DNA from: Candidatus Bathyarchaeia archaeon
GTDB taxonomy: Archaea; Thermoproteota; Bathyarchaeia; Bathyarchaeales; Bathycorpusculaceae
DNA length: 64,000 nucleotides
Direction: 5' to 3'
NCBI GenBank assembly: GCA_050010755.1
Contig: JBEKKK010000001.1
Coordinates: 1,248,001 to 1,312,000, forward strand
This document shows, piece after piece, positions 20,502 to 30,841 of this stretch. How positions within the stretch are numbered: the first letter of the stretch is position 1; each line of letters opens with the position of its first letter. The translations under genes and the position numbers were made by a program. Under the pieces are notes generated by a model that was given only the letters and a program-made list of their open reading frames with translations, was not told where the DNA came from and did not search any database.

Positions 20502-21593
20502 TTACTTTGTCTCTTCGAGTTTTTGTGGAAGATATTCGTCGACGATGTAGGTTAGGCCGTATCTGCTGAAGGCCTCTTGTTCGGCCTTTCTCTTGATTTT
20601 CATGAAAGTCTTTATTTCTCTTCGCCAGAGCGGATCCTTGTATCGCGGGTCTTTCTGCAGTTCGTAGAGGCGTTTCATGTCCATCTCGTCTAACGGGTCG
20701 GTCGGCAACTTGTAGTTGACAATGTCTGTGGCCCACACTCCGCTCCATTTTGCGTCTGGGGTGTTGAGTTCTCTCAGGTGTGCAGCGTTGGCGGAGCCTG
20801 AGATTATGACCATGGCTATGTGCATTCCCCAGGGGTCTCCATCCGTGAAAATGTAGACGGGGAGGTTGAGTTCTTCGCTTAGCCTTCTGATGAAGCGTCT
20901 GGTCGCTCTGGGTGCTTGTCCAGCCGTCATGACTAGGAGGGAGTTGTATTTTTTGTGGACGTTTTCCTCTATGAACCGCGTGAACAGGCCGCCTTTCTCT
21001 ATTGCTATGACTTTGTCTGCCGAGGTTCGTACAAATTCTGAGGAGGTCAATGCTGGGCCGATTAGTACGCCGTCTGGGTGGGAGGTTAGGTCAAGGGTTT
21101 TTCCTTCGTATCCGGGCACGGTGTATTCTATTGTCAGGTCGCCGAAAACGGCTGAGCGTTCTTCGGGGAAGATGTTGAAATCTTCTCTTGAGAAGCCAAG
21201 TATGGTTTCTAGGTCTGTTATGATGTTGTTGGATTCCTGTTGATCTTTGAAGGTCATTTCATAGGCTTGGGCGGAATAGTACACGTCCCTGAGGGTTGAG
21301 GTCTTGCGCTGCGAGGAGAGTTCATTAGAGAACAGGGCGGCCCACACGAGTTGAGTGAACGGTTTCAAGTGTCGGATGTTCCGCACGTTTCTTCGAACCC
21401 TTCTGTCGCCCAGGATGAATTGTCTAAGCTGCTCATCATAGGCGATGTTGTCCGTCGATCGGCTGGGCATGTCTAGTGAAGGGAAATTTCCCTTGTCCAT
21501 TTGATCGTAGATGCTCGCCCCAAGATCTTCTAGGCCCTTCAGAACCTCTTTCTTTCTCTCCAGTATACTGCTCTTATGCTTCTTCGGCCCCAT
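20502..21593 (-). CDS. top6A: DNA topoisomerase VI subunit A
   Basis: TLRDVYY, IEK, TDGDPWG, KAEQEA. Confidence 0.97.
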   Translation of the reverse strand: MGPKKHKSSILERKKEVLKGLEDLGASIYDQMDKGNFPSLDMPSRSTDNIAYDEQLRQFILGDRRVRRNVRNIRHLKPFTQLVWAALFSNELSSQRKTSTLRDVYYSAQAYEMTFKDQQESNNIITDLETILGFSREDFNIFPEERSAVFGDLTIEYTVPGYEGKTLDLTSHPDGVLIGPALTSSEFVRTSADKVIAIEKGGLFTRFIEENVHKKYNSLLVMTAGQAPRATRRFIRRLSEELNLPVYIFTDGDPWGMHIAMVIISGSANAAHLRELNTPDAKWSGVWATDIVNYKLPTDPLDEMDMKRLYELQKDPRYKDPLWRREIKTFMKIKRKAEQEAFSRYGLTYIVDEYLPQKLEETK

Positions 21594-23100
21594 ACTTTTG
21601 CACACTCGTCAATAATTTCTCTATGTCAGGTGGTTTTTCTCTGCCTGCTAGTTGAGTTGAAAACTGAGCTATTTTCGGAAGGTACTTGTTGAAGATACCC
21701 AGTCTTTTGCGTTCTCTGTCTACGTGTTCTCTTTTTGACAGGAAATGCTGGATTTGACGCGCAACTTCGCGCAGTCCGTTTGCTATTTCCCTTCTGACCT
21801 CAGGCCTGTCGGCTATGAACTCTTTTCCAACGGTCTTGTAGGGCACCTTCGTGCTGCAGATGTGCACCAGTATTGCGACCGGCATTTCGGGCATGACTCG
21901 GTATCTGCGCCAATTCATTGCCGTTATGACTCTGAACGAAACGTCGTTCGCCTCGTCGTACAGCAAAGGTATTCTATTCGCGAAACGATATACGAGGAAG
22001 ACTCCTTTCTTGGGAATCTCTCCGCCGTAGGCGATGCCGACTTCTACGATGAAGGGGTGGCCAGAATACGTTGAGGGTTTGCGCTGGTGGACGGCAACGA
22101 ACTCGGGTTTTAACTCCTTCACTACACCCGCTTTCATAAGGTCTTCGCCCAGAGGTGACAGACAGCTTGCGTCCGGCGGCAGAAACTCCCTGAACCTCTT
22201 GAGCATGTGCATGAGTCTGACGATTTCTTCGTGGGAAAGCTTCTTCGGGTTCTTGGATGGGCTTATGGTGCTGAATTCCAGAAACTTTCGTGCGGTGATG
22301 TCGCCCACTCTGTGGAAGTGAAACCTCAAGAACTCGTTCATGCTCTTGTAAGGCGTGATCTGTATGAGCCTTTGAAGAAGTTCCACGTCTACGCCATACG
22401 GATGCGGCAGTGTCTCTTTCGGCGGCGGGGGCATGTCCTTTGTGATTCTGGTGAACTTGTAGAGTCTTCCTTTCGGATCCACGAAGGTGAGGTTTGCGTA
22501 GGGGTTAACCATCGCCGTCTGCTTGAAATAGTCCAGGATTTTGGGCATCGCCCTGAAATAGTCTCCTTCGAGAGTGAACTCGACAATCGTGCCCCTCCAC
22601 GCTTCCTTGTTGATGAGGACTTTTCTGTCCACTATCAAGGGGCGGTTTCTCTGAATGTCAATCATTAGTTTGTACATGTACGTCTTCGAAATTCCCGTGC
22701 TCGACCAGATGGTAGCAGGCTGATGCGTCGTAATCTGGCCATACAGAATGGCCATTTTTCCGCCTAAGCCGAACGTGCCCCTTTGCTGCTTCAGCTTGTA
22801 TTTTGAACCGAAAAGAATCTGCCCGAAGGCTGAGGGAATGTGTCTCGGAGGAACCCCTATTCCGTTGTCTTCAACGCGCAACTTGTAAATCTGCGTGTCC
22901 TGGCTGGCCTCGCCCTCATAGGACAAGCGAACATAAACGTCAGGTGGAATCTGGTGGCTCTCAGCCGCGTCCAGAGAGTTCTCAACAAGCTCCCTCACGG
23001 CCACGAAGATGGCTCTTGAAGGGTTAGTAAACCCTGCGATATCCCTGTTCCTGTAGAAAAAGTCAGCAGCGCTTATCTCTTCAAACGTTTGTTGAGCCAC
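21574..23100 (-). CDS. top6B: DNA topoisomerase VI subunit B
   Basis: ELVENSLDA, EDNGIG, RGTFGLG, RFANRIPLLY. Confidence 0.97.
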   Translation of the reverse strand: MAQQTFEEISAADFFYRNRDIAGFTNPSRAIFVAVRELVENSLDAAESHQIPPDVYVRLSYEGEASQDTQIYKLRVEDNGIGVPPRHIPSAFGQILFGSKYKLKQQRGTFGLGGKMAILYGQITTHQPATIWSSTGISKTYMYKLMIDIQRNRPLIVDRKVLINKEAWRGTIVEFTLEGDYFRAMPKILDYFKQTAMVNPYANLTFVDPKGRLYKFTRITKDMPPPPKETLPHPYGVDVELLQRLIQITPYKSMNEFLRFHFHRVGDITARKFLEFSTISPSKNPKKLSHEEIVRLMHMLKRFREFLPPDASCLSPLGEDLMKAGVVKELKPEFVAVHQRKPSTYSGHPFIVEVGIAYGGEIPKKGVFLVYRFANRIPLLYDEANDVSFRVITAMNWRRYRVMPEMPVAILVHICSTKVPYKTVGKEFIADRPEVRREIANGLREVARQIQHFLSKREHVDRERKRLGIFNKYLPKIAQFSTQLAGREKPPDIEKLLTSVQKYGAEEA

Positions 23101-23189
23101 TTAAGCCTTCCCAGCCCTCTCCGTTTCCAGATTGCCTCTATCATATACTCTGCTCATTCTTTAACTTAACTACGTCAAACAGAGAGACT

Positions 23190-23618
23190 TCATTTTCTGT
23201 ACGGAAAAGGAAGCAACTCTTCTAATTTTCTGATGTTAACAGTCTCCTTCAGAATCTTTCCTTTTTCTGCTTTAGCCATGACGACTTTTATCTGCGGGTT
23301 CACTGAAAAATCGGAGATGTATTGTAGGCACGCGCCGCATGGTCTGGGTTCGCCCCCTGAATTGGCATTCATGACTACTGCTAGTTCCTTGATCTTTCGA
23401 TTTCCATTCAGAACAGCGTGGTTGATGGCACATCTCTCAGCGCAGGTGCCCAGTCCTGAAACCCAGCTTTCGACGTTGCATCCCTCGTAAACTTGCCCAT
23501 CCTCTGCTAGAACGGCGGCGCCGACCTTGAACCCCCAAAGCACATACGCACTGTTCAAGGCAGTCAATGAGGCCTCTAACAGTTTTTTCTCTGTTTTGCC
23601 GATTTTCAGCGCGGTCAT
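23190..23618 (-). CDS. cdd: Cytidine deaminase
   Basis: VGAA, GCNVE, CAE, PCGAC, LLP.P. Confidence 0.9.
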   Translation of the reverse strand: MTALKIGKTEKKLLEASLTALNSAYVLWGFKVGAAVLAEDGQVYEGCNVESWVSGLGTCAERCAINHAVLNGNRKIKELAVVMNANSGGEPRPCGACLQYISDFSVNPQIKVVMAKAEKGKILKETVNIRKLEELLPFPYRK

Positions 23619-23628
23619 CTCGTTCGCC

Positions 23629-25416
23629 CTATCTTTTATGTCTGCGCACGTAATAGTATTCGCCTATTTGTTTTTGAAACTTGTCGAGTTTTGATCCTTC
23701 TTTGTTGACTCTGGGCCTTTTGGTGGCAGGGTCTCTTCTGAACGTAACTTGCATGTCCTTCAGAAAAAGGTTCATTCCCTTTCGCAGACTCGTCGGCGGG
23801 TTAGCCACACCGCTAACGCCGGGCTCTCCCATGAAGACCATAAGATGATCGGCTATGAAGTCCTGTGTGACGACATCGTGTTCAACTACGAAGGCTGTCA
23901 CGTTGCGGTTTTCAACGACTCTTCGGATAGTCTTCGCCATGTTCAGTCTCTCTTCAACATCCAAGTAGGCGCTCGGCTCGTCCAGCAGGTAAAGATCAGC
24001 CTTGCGTGAGAGACAAGCCGCGATGGCCACTTTCTGCAGCTCTCCGCCACTGAGCTCCATAACGTTTCTGTCGAACAGGAGATTCGCCTTCAGAGGTTGC
24101 AGGATTTCTGTTCTGTACCAGCCTGAACTGAACTCGTCTTTGGCCACGCTCATGAGAAGCTCCTGAACCGTACCCTCATAATCCGCTGAAATGTACTGAG
24201 GCTTGTAGCTGACGTTCAGTTTGCCGAATTCTCTCTCGTCATCAGCCTTTTCAATTCCGGCCAATATTTTTATGAAAGTTGTCTTCCCAATGCCGTTAGC
24301 TCCTAATATCCCGATTATTTCTCCTCTCTTGATTTCGCCAGGCTTGACCTCAAGCTTGAACCCTTCGAACGTTTTCTCCAGTTGTTCCCAAATTAGCATG
24401 GTTTCTCCAGCCTCAGCGCTGACAGTTGGGGGTTTCTCATGAAATACTATGGATTCCTTCCTGAAACGAACGTTTTCGTCTGGAATGTAGCCTTGCAGGT
24501 AAATGTTTATGCCTGTTCTGACTCCGTGGACGCTTGAGACGACTCCGTAGACGCCCGGTTCACCGTAGAACAGACAAACCTGGTCTGACAAATAATCAAT
24601 TATTGCCAAGTCATGCTCGGCGATGATTATCGTTTTTTGATCGTTCTTCAGGCTTCTTATCGTCTTCGCCACTTCAAGCCTCTGTTTTACGTCCAAGTAG
24701 CTTGACGGCTCATCGAACATGTACACGTCTGCCTCGCGACAGATCGCAGCGGTCACCGCAACACGTTGCAGTTCTCCACCGCTCAGCACGTTTAGAGGAC
24801 GATTCCAGACCTGCTTGAGTTCAAGCTGCTCGGCAATCTTGTCCAAGGTCTTCCTTTCATCTACTTTTTCAAGTAGTTCGCCGACCTTTCCAGAGATGGC
24901 CTTGGGCAGCTTGTCCACATACTGCGGTTTGTGCGAGACTCTCAGCTTTCCCTCCGCCATTTTCTGAAAATACTCCTGCAGGATAGAGCCCCTGAAATGC
25001 TGAAAAATTTGGTTCCAGTCAGGCGGGTTCTCGTAATTTCCAAGATTCATCTTGATTTCTCCAGATAGCAGTTTGAGAGCTGTCGTCTTGCCTATTCCGT
25101 TCTGCCCCAACAGGCCCAGCACCAAGCCAGGCGAAGGCGTCGGCAACCTGTAAAGCTTGAAGGTGTTTTCTCCGAAACGGAAACTGCAGTCTTTTTCAAG
25201 CTCGTCAGGAAGATTAACTATAGACAGGGCTTTGAAGGGACACTTCTTCACGCATATTCCGCATCCCGTGCACAGGGACTCGACGATCACCGCCCTGTCA
25301 TTCTCAAAGCGCACTGCCTCTATCTTGCTCCGCACGATGGGGCAAAAACGATAGCATACCCTACTGCAACGTTTAGACTTGCACTTATCGGCCTCTAACA
25401 CGGCGACTCTAGTCAT
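23629..25416 (-). CDS. ABCE1/Rli1 ribosome recycling ATPase
   Basis: N-terminal 4Fe-4S (CTGCGICVKKCPF), two NBDs GxNGIGKTT / LSGGELQ. Confidence 0.97.
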   Translation of the reverse strand: MTRVAVLEADKCKSKRCSRVCYRFCPIVRSKIEAVRFENDRAVIVESLCTGCGICVKKCPFKALSIVNLPDELEKDCSFRFGENTFKLYRLPTPSPGLVLGLLGQNGIGKTTALKLLSGEIKMNLGNYENPPDWNQIFQHFRGSILQEYFQKMAEGKLRVSHKPQYVDKLPKAISGKVGELLEKVDERKTLDKIAEQLELKQVWNRPLNVLSGGELQRVAVTAAICREADVYMFDEPSSYLDVKQRLEVAKTIRSLKNDQKTIIIAEHDLAIIDYLSDQVCLFYGEPGVYGVVSSVHGVRTGINIYLQGYIPDENVRFRKESIVFHEKPPTVSAEAGETMLIWEQLEKTFEGFKLEVKPGEIKRGEIIGILGANGIGKTTFIKILAGIEKADDEREFGKLNVSYKPQYISADYEGTVQELLMSVAKDEFSSGWYRTEILQPLKANLLFDRNVMELSGGELQKVAIAACLSRKADLYLLDEPSAYLDVEERLNMAKTIRRVVENRNVTAFVVEHDVVTQDFIADHLMVFMGEPGVSGVANPPTSLRKGMNLFLKDMQVTFRRDPATKRPRVNKEGSKLDKFQKQIGEYYYVRRHKR

Positions 25417-25542
25417 TGCAACCCGACAGTCAATGCTCTTTGCTTGTTGGTTATAAACGTGAACCTCATGAAACCGCTATAAACATCCAAGAAAAGCTCT
25501 GATAAAAGAAAGAACAAAAAAAAGTCACCTTGGCTGAAGTCC

Positions 25543-25617
25543 TTACCACTCTTCTTCCTCAAAATCCTCTTCCTCATCCCAGTCTTCTTCTTCAGTATCT
25601 TCTTCCTCATCTATCAC
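25543..25617 (-). CDS. 24-aa hyper-acidic microprotein MIDEEEDTEEEDWDEEEDFEEEEW
   Basis: GGAGGTGA Shine-Dalgarno just upstream of a GTG start; T-rich terminator-like tract after TAA. Confidence 0.65.
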   Translation of the reverse strand: MIDEEEDTEEEDWDEEEDFEEEEW

Positions 25618-25733
25618 CTTTTTCACCTCCATGCAAATCGAATTGCATAGTGAGAACATGCTCGCGATCCTTAAGCATTGTTATACGTCAGTTGTCGAGA
25701 ATAAGAAAGGAGATAAACATACGTCGGCTCATT

Positions 25734-26705
25734 TTACAGATGTTCTTTCACAATCTTAGCCGTCAGCGACGCTTCGGGTCCTTTCATATCTGGAGTAACG
25801 TAGGCCCAGCACATGTTCGGCGAACTGTGGGCTGCACCTATTCTTCCATGCGTGTCAATAGCAATCAGCCCCATCGCATTGTAAATATTCGGCATTCTGG
25901 TGTTCACGAGCCTTATCGCTTTCTCAGCGGCCTCTTGGGCCGTTTTTCCGGTTTCCATGCAATCGCAAACCGCCTTTGCCAGAACCAGCCTAATCGCAAG
26001 CTCACCGACGCCTGTAGTTGAACAAGCACCAGTCAAGTTGTCAGCATAAGTCCCACAGCCAATCAACGGAGAATCTCCGATCCTGCCCGGAAGCTTCAAC
26101 GGGAACCCCCCTGTCGACGTAGCAGCAGCCACGTTTCCCTCATCGTCCATAGCAACAGCGCCCACAGTGCCCAGAGTGAAAAGCTCCGGATGATCCCTAA
26201 CCATGTTAGCAAGCTTCGGAAGCTCAGACTTTCCTTCTAGCAGAGCGTTCTTCTGTTGCTCATAATACTTCAGTCTCAGCTCGGTTACGGGGTTGCGTCT
26301 CTCGAGATGCTCAAGATTTGCCAACTTTTCCGCACCTTCGCCCACCACAAAAACATGGTCGGTCTTCTCCATGACCACCTTTGCCAAGCGAACAGGGTTC
26401 CTCAGGTCTCGCAACAACCCAACGGCGCCAGCCTGAAGAGTCTTTCCATCCATTATCGAAGCTTCCATCTCCACCTTTTTCTCCAAGTTCAGGCTGGAAC
26501 CATGTCCCGCGTTGAACACCCCATCATCCTCCATGCTCGCAACGGCCTCCATCACACCGTCCACGGCACTTCCACCTCTCTTCAAGACGCCGAACCCCAC
26601 CTCAGCAGCTCTCTTCACACCCTCAACGCCAGGTTGACTACGCTCCGGCTGCCATGTCCCAGCTCCACCATGAACAACCATCGTTGGCTTCCGCGCTCTC
26701 TTCAT
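25734..26705 (-). CDS. Isoaspartyl peptidase/L-asparaginase (Ntn hydrolase)
   Basis: HGGAG, FNAG, GTVGAVA, TSTGG, GRIGDSP. Confidence 0.95.
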   Translation of the reverse strand: MKRARKPTMVVHGGAGTWQPERSQPGVEGVKRAAEVGFGVLKRGGSAVDGVMEAVASMEDDGVFNAGHGSSLNLEKKVEMEASIMDGKTLQAGAVGLLRDLRNPVRLAKVVMEKTDHVFVVGEGAEKLANLEHLERRNPVTELRLKYYEQQKNALLEGKSELPKLANMVRDHPELFTLGTVGAVAMDDEGNVAAATSTGGFPLKLPGRIGDSPLIGCGTYADNLTGACSTTGVGELAIRLVLAKAVCDCMETGKTAQEAAEKAIRLVNTRMPNIYNAMGLIAIDTHGRIGAAHSSPNMCWAYVTPDMKGPEASLTAKIVKEHL

Positions 26706-26812
26706 CTCTCAATCACTTTCAATATGGACGTTGAACACGTCCGATTCGAATTTAAGCCTAACGCCATCAGAACGGTCAAAATGGATAAATCTGCGCATTT
26801 GGATACTACATC

Positions 26813-26878
26813 TGGGATGATGTGAGGCGACGGCTGAGAGCCACTGGCAATGAAGGAGCCATTTACGCACACTGACCA
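26813..26878 (+). ncRNA. Candidate box C/D guide sRNA
   Basis: ATGATGT (C), 10-nt guide, CTGA (D', 26834), GCC-ACT-GGC hairpin, ATGAAGG (C'), guide, CTGA (D, 26872), short terminal GG/CC stem; intergenic. Confidence 0.6.
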
Positions 26879-26958
26879 AAAATCACGATGAAAGTTCGGC
26901 CCTTCTTCGAAACGCTAAATTGCTCTAGAAAATATATAGCGTGTGGGTGGAGGAACCT

Positions 26959-27483
26959 ATGCTTAAAGAATTCAACATTTTGGCCACCACTTCACGTGGA
27001 TACGAGAAGTACGCCCGCTCCGAACTGCGTTTCCTCTTTGAAAAAATAGGAGACGCTTCACCCGCAATTGAAAGAACAGGCGTCTCCGGCCTCATCGCAG
27101 TTAAGACGAACATGGATACTATCGAAGCCATCAGACAGCTCCGTGCCTTACTGCAGCAGAGTCCTTACGAATTCCGATTCACACTCAGGATAATACCGAT
27201 TGAAAAAATCGTCCCCACGGAACTGGAAATGATTCAGCAGGCAGTCACAGAACTCAGCTCCAAAATCGACGAAAAAGAAACCTTCCGGGTGACAGTCGAA
27301 AAACGCTTCACCACAACACACAGCAAAGAGATAATCGAAAAAGTTGCAGTAAGCATCAAGAGAAAAGTCAACTTAACCAACCCAGACAAGATAGTCCTAA
27401 TCGAAATCATCGGCAGCATCACCGGCGTCTCAGTGCTGAACCCACAAGACATCGTGTCAGTGCAGAAGGAAAAACTCCTCTAA
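26959..27483 (+). CDS. THUMP-domain RNA-binding protein
   Basis: ETFRVTVEKR, KVNLTNPDKIVLIEI. Confidence 0.9.
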   Translation: MLKEFNILATTSRGYEKYARSELRFLFEKIGDASPAIERTGVSGLIAVKTNMDTIEAIRQLRALLQQSPYEFRFTLRIIPIEKIVPTELEMIQQAVTELSSKIDEKETFRVTVEKRFTTTHSKEIIEKVAVSIKRKVNLTNPDKIVLIEIIGSITGVSVLNPQDIVSVQKEKLL

Positions 27484-27485
27484 AA

Positions 27486-28052
27486 TCAGCGCCTAGTAGC
27501 CAACAGCGCTACCCGCTCCACGACAAGATCAACAAGCGCCTTCTCCAAGTCCTCTCCTTCCATGACCGTTGCCAACTCCACGTCCAAAATGTCAAAAGCT
27601 CTCTTGATTCTCTCTATCTTCTCCCCTGAAAGCTCAAGAACCGAATCGGCACGCTGCCCACCAACGCGCCTCGAAACTTTTGCCAACGCCTCTTGCACAA
27701 CTTTGGCATTACCTCCGACTATCAGAATTGCAATGGTCCGCGACGCGGGTTTGATGCCGAGAAGCCGAGTAGCTTTCTGGATTTGTCTTCGGCCAGCTGC
27801 GTAAAGCATAGCTTCCATCACGACACTCTTGGAGAGGTTCTCCCCATTCTTGAACGCTGTAAGCGCGTTCAACAATGCAAAGTACAGATGCTGCCAGGTG
27901 GCGACAAGATCTGCATCAAAAAATTGCAGTTCCACATCCGAGGGCTTGTCCCTCCTTGCTGCCTTCAAAAGCGCTTCAATGTCGTTGACTTCAACGTCCC
28001 TGAAACCCACTATTTCGCAGCTCTTTCTAAACTCCTTAACATAAGCCCGCAC
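27486..28052 (-). CDS. cgi121: KEOPS complex subunit Cgi121
   Basis: QFFDA, E.MLYAAGRRQI.KA...LG, ERVALL. Confidence 0.88.
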   Translation of the reverse strand: MRAYVKEFRKSCEIVGFRDVEVNDIEALLKAARRDKPSDVELQFFDADLVATWQHLYFALLNALTAFKNGENLSKSVVMEAMLYAAGRRQIQKATRLLGIKPASRTIAILIVGGNAKVVQEALAKVSRRVGGQRADSVLELSGEKIERIKRAFDILDVELATVMEGEDLEKALVDLVVERVALLATRR

Positions 28053-28210
28053 GGTTCTTCCTCAATGAATTTTCAACAACCCTCAACCTTTTCGACCATA
28101 TCAACAATATCCCGACTTCCACAGCCTAGCATAAAGCTTCTCGCCGCCATCCATCGCATTCACGACAGCACGCGCTTCTCCTTAGTCTCCCGAGGTACTC
28201 ATTATTTAGC

Positions 28211-28975
28211 TTGCTTGAAGACTTAAAGCATGTGAAATCAATAGTTCCAACTGGGGAGAAACATTTGGAGACACGTAAAGAGCTAATCAACAGACTTCTG
28301 AATGACTACGGCACTGACACTCAGGTTCTTGGAATCATACAGGTTGGGTCTATTGTGAAGGGCTATGCTGACAAACACTCCGATGTTGATCTTGAGATAG
28401 TAGTCACCGAAGACAAGTACACTGAACTTGAAAGGAATTCTCAGAAAATAGTTCATACGGAAAAGTATGACTTGCGTTTCACCACAGCGATCAAACTCCG
28501 ACGAATCAGGGATTCCGATGCGGATGAAGATCACTGGGACTATCAAAAATCCATCGTCTTGCTAGACAAGACCCGCAACCTCCAGAAGATCCTGAACCAA
28601 ATCATCACGTATGACGAGGGCTCAAGGATTGACAGGCTGAAACGACATTATAAAGAGTATTGGGGGAACACATTGGATGCATTCAGTTGCCTTGAGCACG
28701 AAAACCAATGGGGATCGAAAATATATGCCGCCCTTTCCATTCAGGAATTAATTCGAGTGTTGTTCAACTTCAACCATCGTTGGTCTCCGAGGCTCCAATG
28801 GGCTTTCAGAGAGATTCAGACGCTCCAGAAAAAACCGAAAAAACTCGAAACGCAGCTACAGAACATTCTGAACAAGCCTGAAACAAGCAAATTGTCCCGA
28901 CTCTGGAACCAGACAGCCACCCTCCTACGAGAAGAGAAGTGCACGTGGATTGATCATCCCGAAGAGCTTCTCTAG
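28211..28975 (+). CDS. Pol-beta-like nucleotidyltransferase with helical C-terminal domain
   Basis: GSIVKGYADKHSDVDL motif; W.P..QW in the C-terminal domain. Confidence 0.8.
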   Translation: MLEDLKHVKSIVPTGEKHLETRKELINRLLNDYGTDTQVLGIIQVGSIVKGYADKHSDVDLEIVVTEDKYTELERNSQKIVHTEKYDLRFTTAIKLRRIRDSDADEDHWDYQKSIVLLDKTRNLQKILNQIITYDEGSRIDRLKRHYKEYWGNTLDAFSCLEHENQWGSKIYAALSIQELIRVLFNFNHRWSPRLQWAFREIQTLQKKPKKLETQLQNILNKPETSKLSRLWNQTATLLREEKCTWIDHPEELL

Positions 28976-29434
28976 GATGCGGACTTTGCTGAGCCTGAAC
29001 AGCGCGCGCTTCAGACTAAAACCCTCAGCTGGAGCAGGGATATGCATAGAAAGACTCGGCAGCTGGATTGTTGGAGCCAAGCACACTGGAGAGACGCAGG
29101 TTTTTCCAAAAAATACCAGGAATATTTCATGACTTACGAAGCGCAGAAAAACTTCAAACCCAAGCGCGCGTTCCTGAAACCTTGTCGTCTTTCTTGGCCC
29201 TCGCAAACTCATTTTCTAGACTGCGCTTTTTCAGAGTTTTCGTGAATGAACTTGATGTTCTGTCGGCAATAGTCTGTTTTGACGAGCTGAAGTGAGAGAG
29301 AGCGCTGACCGTCAAGACAATTCTTTCCATTAGGCATTAAATCAGAATTCGCAGAAGCAAATTCTGGGTTTTGGGTTGAACAGATGAAGATTTCAAAATG
29401 ACGCGAAGCTTCTCTTGTGAGAAAGAGGCGATGT

Positions 29435-30688
29435 TTAGATTTGTTTTGTGTCTTGTTCGAACACTTTGTAGTGGACAAATATGGCGATGGGGATGACGCT
29501 TGCCGCTAGCATCAGGAAGGGCAAGGGTCTCCAAACATAGGAGAAGAGAACGCCTATGAGTAACTGTGTGAATGCTTGGGCCAGATAGCCAAAGAATTGG
29601 CTGCAGCCGACGACTCTTCCTCTCAGTTCTCTCGGAGTTAAATCGCCTATGAGAGCCTGATAGCTGCTTGATTGGAGCACTTGGCCGAGCCCGAAGAAAA
29701 AGAAGGCGAGAACAAGCAAGTAGAAGTTTCCAAAAACGAAAATAACCATCGCAGGTCCGTAGCAGAGATAGGATGCGATGAGGTAATTTTTCCGTCCGAA
29801 TTTGTCCATTCTTAAACCGGCGATTACGCTGGGAACCGCAACAGTCAACGACATCAACGCCATAAGGAGGGCCCACTGAAAGTTCGTAATTTCGAGATTC
29901 TCAGTGGCGTAGATGATGAAGTACGTACTGCATCCAACTACTAGGCTGTTTAAGGCAGCGTTGGATATGAACAGGTAATAGACGGATTTCGGGGTTTGGC
30001 TCCAGATGTTCAGGCTTTGTTTAACTGCTTCTGGATATTCTCTGAAAGCGGCTAGGAGGCTAGGACGTGCATCCCCTTTTCGGGTGGTTAGGGGCAACGT
30101 TTCTTTCAGCTTAACCCTTAGGAATGCGGCTGCAAAATAGGCTATCATTGCTATAGAATAGGCGATTCGCATGCCGATGTTCAATTTGAATATCAAGACT
30201 AGATATCCCGCGATGAGTGCCGCAGGCAATCCCACAAGATTCGTTATCACTGCCTGCGCGGAAAAACCTGTACCGCGATTTTCAGGGGAAACTGAATCGA
30301 GCATGATTGCAAACAATGCCGGTTGGTACAACAGGCAAAAATTTTGGATCACCGTTCCCACGACTATCAGAGGCCAAGAAGGCGCGAAAATGAAGAAGAC
30401 ATATCCTAAGGCAACTCCAAAAGTCATTGTGTAAACAAGCCATCGACGTCCATGCTTGTCTGCAAGATAGCCGCCTGGGATTTGAACCAAAGCGATGGCG
30501 ATTAATCCTGAGAAAGCAATTACACCCAGAAGGAAGTCATTTGCGCCAAGAACGGTTTTGAAGTATTCGTTCGCATAGGTGCCAGGAATGGGGCCTGCAG
30601 CATTCATCAGAATCCAAGTAATGACCATTATTAGAAAATTGCCAGTGAGAAACGCAGATCGATTGCGCAAACGATCGAACAAACCCAT
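29435..30688 (-). CDS. MFS transporter
   Basis: GGYLADKHGRR and MDKFGRK motifs, about 12 TM. Confidence 0.95.
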   Translation of the reverse strand: MGLFDRLRNRSAFLTGNFLIMVITWILMNAAGPIPGTYANEYFKTVLGANDFLLGVIAFSGLIAIALVQIPGGYLADKHGRRWLVYTMTFGVALGYVFFIFAPSWPLIVVGTVIQNFCLLYQPALFAIMLDSVSPENRGTGFSAQAVITNLVGLPAALIAGYLVLIFKLNIGMRIAYSIAMIAYFAAAFLRVKLKETLPLTTRKGDARPSLLAAFREYPEAVKQSLNIWSQTPKSVYYLFISNAALNSLVVGCSTYFIIYATENLEITNFQWALLMALMSLTVAVPSVIAGLRMDKFGRKNYLIASYLCYGPAMVIFVFGNFYLLVLAFFFFGLGQVLQSSSYQALIGDLTPRELRGRVVGCSQFFGYLAQAFTQLLIGVLFSYVWRPLPFLMLAASVIPIAIFVHYKVFEQDTKQI

Positions 30689-30841
30689 CGGAAACTTTCA
30701 CGCATTGCCGCAATATAAGCAGAGACTCCATGCGCAATTGAATTGCTGAAGAGAGTGGACCCATTCTGAGCTTTCGAATGCCTTGGAATATGGAAGTTCG
30801 CTCTTGCCGATAGCAGGTGTGTCAAAAGTCTTAAGGCTTGC

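Noticed and set aside
25413-25610. 65-aa Lys/Arg-rich ORF
   Set aside because: An alternate frame of the acidic microprotein, which has the better-placed SD; this frame runs through the terminator tract
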